DNA of 64,000 nt from Vicinamibacteria bacterium (GTDB lineage: Bacteria > Acidobacteriota > Vicinamibacteria > Marinacidobacterales > Marinacidobacteraceae), in NCBI GenBank assembly GCA_963422395.1, contig OY729431.1, positions 1,184,001-1,248,000 of the forward strand. The letters run 5' to 3'. The translations under genes were made by a program, and so were the position numbers. How positions within the stretch are numbered: the stretch's first letter is position 1; every line of letters starts with the position of its first letter. This document shows positions 62,283 to 64,000 of the stretch, in pieces. The notes beneath the pieces were generated by a model. It ran no database searches, had not been told where the DNA came from, and worked only from the letters and a program-made list of their open reading frames with translations.

Positions 62283-63005
62283 ATGCTACGGTTCCTCCTC
62301 TTGCCGAGCCACCGCGACCGCAGCACCGACCACGCGAAGCGCCCGTGGTGGAAATCTTTCCGAACCACTGCGGCGATCGGTTACTGCATCCGCCACTACT
62401 CCGGACCGTGGAATCGGATGGTGATCGAGCGGGCGGGGATCCGCGCCGGCGACCGGGTAGTGGACATCGGTTGCGGGCCGGGCGAGGCGGCGCTGCTGGC
62501 TGTCCGGAGTGCTTCGGGAGTCGAGGTTCTGGCGATCGATCCCGCCTGGCCCTGCTGTCTGGCCACCGGTGTCCGGTCGCTCGGACTGCTCGGGTCGTTC
62601 CGCTCGTTCGTCGAGGCGGAGTCCTGGGGCGCAGTACGGGTGCGGCGCGCCTCTGCCGAGAGCCTTCCGTCCGAGAGCGGCTGGGCCACCCTCGTCCTTT
62701 CGATCAACGCCTTCCACCATTGGGCCGACCCCAAGCGGGGCCTCGCCGAGGTGCGTCGGGTGCTCGCCCCCGGAGGCCGGCTGGTGCTCGTGGACGAGGA
62801 CTTTCCGGAGGATCACCATCACACCCGCTTCCATAACGAGTCGCAGACGGTGGCCCCGGTCCACGCCGCGAGCCCCGAGGTCCATGGATGGCTTCGGGAA
62901 CTCGGTTTCGGCCTGGCCGGTGTCGAGCGGATCGAGGATGCGGAGGGCTCTCCCCACCACTTCCTCCGTGCGGTCGTTCCGTCTCCAGCCGAACCTACCG
63001 GCTGA
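62283..63005 (+). CDS. Class I SAM-dependent methyltransferase
   Basis: VVDIGCGPG, AESLP, AFHHWADP, RVLAPGGRL. Confidence 0.85.
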   Translation: MLRFLLLPSHRDRSTDHAKRPWWKSFRTTAAIGYCIRHYSGPWNRMVIERAGIRAGDRVVDIGCGPGEAALLAVRSASGVEVLAIDPAWPCCLATGVRSLGLLGSFRSFVEAESWGAVRVRRASAESLPSESGWATLVLSINAFHHWADPKRGLAEVRRVLAPGGRLVLVDEDFPEDHHHTRFHNESQTVAPVHAASPEVHGWLRELGFGLAGVERIEDAEGSPHHFLRAVVPSPAEPTG

Positions 63006-63089
63006 CTGACGAACCGAATCTCGCCCTGCGGGGCTCAGCGCTAGCGGGGCGTCCTTCCCATGGAGTATCTGCCGCGATAGAGCCGATGT

Positions 63090-63730
63090 TTCAGAATCCG
63101 AACTGGCTGCTGTGGCAGCAGTTCGGATTCCTGGCGCGGAGCGCCGGGCGGTTCGGGGGCGGGGTGTCCCGCCTTCCCACGAGAGTGCGAGATGCAACCT
63201 GACATCACACCCCGCCGGAGAGGGCCTCGATCCTCATCCGTGGCCCGGAAAACATCTGATGCGGCCGAGCCTGTGGCTCGGGAGCGTCGCAGCGGGGGAA
63301 AGTGTGAAAGGGAGTTTCACCCCCGTTCACGGATTGGCGATTCAGAATCCGAACTGGCTGCTGTGGCAGCAGTTCGGATTCCCGGCGCGGAGCGCCGGGC
63401 GGTTCGGGGGCGGGGTGTCCCGCTCTTCCCACGAGAGTGCGAGATGCAACCTGACATCACACCCCGCCGGAGAGGGCCTCGATCCTCATCCGTGGCCCGG
63501 AAAACATCTGATGCGGCCGAGCCTGTGGCTCGGGAGCGTCGCAGCGGGGGAAAGTGTGAAAGGGGGTTTACCCCCGTTCACGGATTGGCGATTCAGAATC
63601 CGAACTGGCTGCTGTGGCAGCAGTTCGGATTCCCGGCGCGGAGCGCCGGGCGGTTCGGGGGCGGGGTGTCCCGCTCTTCCCACGAGAGTGCGAGATGCAA
63701 CCTGACATCACACCCCGCCCCCGAACCGCC
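63090..63730. repeat. Tandem structured repeat array B (251-bp unit, ~2.6 copies)
   Basis: TCAGAATCCGAACTGG recurs at 63091, 63342, 63593; homologous to array A. Confidence 0.93.
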
Positions 63731-63816
63731 TGGTGCCGAAGGGGGGACTCGAACCCCCACGGGATAACTCCCATACGCCCCTCAAGCGCACGTGTCTACC
63801 ATTCCACCACTTCGGC
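63731..63816 (-). tRNA. tRNA-Leu(GAG) with encoded CCA
   Basis: GCCGAAGTGGTGGAATGGTAGACACG…TTGAGGG…long variable arm…GGTTCGAGTCCC…TTCGGCACCA. Confidence 0.95.
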
Positions 63817-63894
63817 ATTCCACCACTTCGGCGGAGGCGAGCCCCCGCAGTCGGCGCGCCGGACGGCAGCCCGGAATCATAGGCGGCCCCGGGA

Positions 63895-63999
63895 TCAGTC
63901 CGAAGGATCCGATTCGGGCTCGGAGGCTTCCTCTTCGGGGCTTTCGCGCTCTCCGCTCTCCGGCGTGTCCCCCGGAGGTTCTTCCTCGGGTTCCATGGG
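63895..63999 (-). CDS. 3' end of a gene entering from outside the window (acidic tail; possibly secG by synteny with tRNA-Leu GAG)
   Basis: Frame PMEPEEEPPGDTPESGERESPEEEASEPESDPSD*. Confidence 0.4.
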   Translation of the reverse strand, partial: PMEPEEEPPGDTPESGERESPEEEASEPESDPSD

Positions 64000-64000
64000 C

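Noticed and set aside
63090-63730. CRISPR array interpretation of the tandem repeats
   Set aside because: Units are ~250 bp and nearly identical, with no unique spacers and no cas genes in the window.

Overview
High-GC bacterial chromosome segment. The gene content (diderm envelope genes, dnaK-dnaJ-hspR, VPS10/BNR and M14/M28 peptidases, TonB receptor) suggests Acidobacteriota, which is an inference. It holds about 48 genes: a TPR/PEGA/FHA-ldcA-mpl operon, amidase, secretin, lolA, tRNA-Ala(CGC), a trpEG-aro supraoperon, a decayed tyrA, the dnaK locus, greA-nfeD-SPFH, prfB with a programmed frameshift, several peptidases and a symporter, a sulfatase/TBDR/CDP-alcohol/GT4 cluster, an HDAC-family gene and tRNA-Leu(GAG). 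Four features stand out. (1) A family of ~251-256 bp hairpin-rich tandem repeats occurs at two loci, one abutting the dnaK promoter and one the tRNA-Leu CCA end, with compensatory stem changes between the loci. (2) aroB-aroA-[aroK/aroD/aroE fusion] follows the exact domain order of the eukaryotic AROM protein. (3) A probably exported, Cys-free peroxiredoxin-like gene has an in-frame UGA at the catalytic position (probable selenoprotein). (4) A small MITE family has ends that form TAG stop codons and possibly a tRNA promoter. Several single-base frameshifts may be sequencing errors. All calls come from motif reading only; no searches were run.
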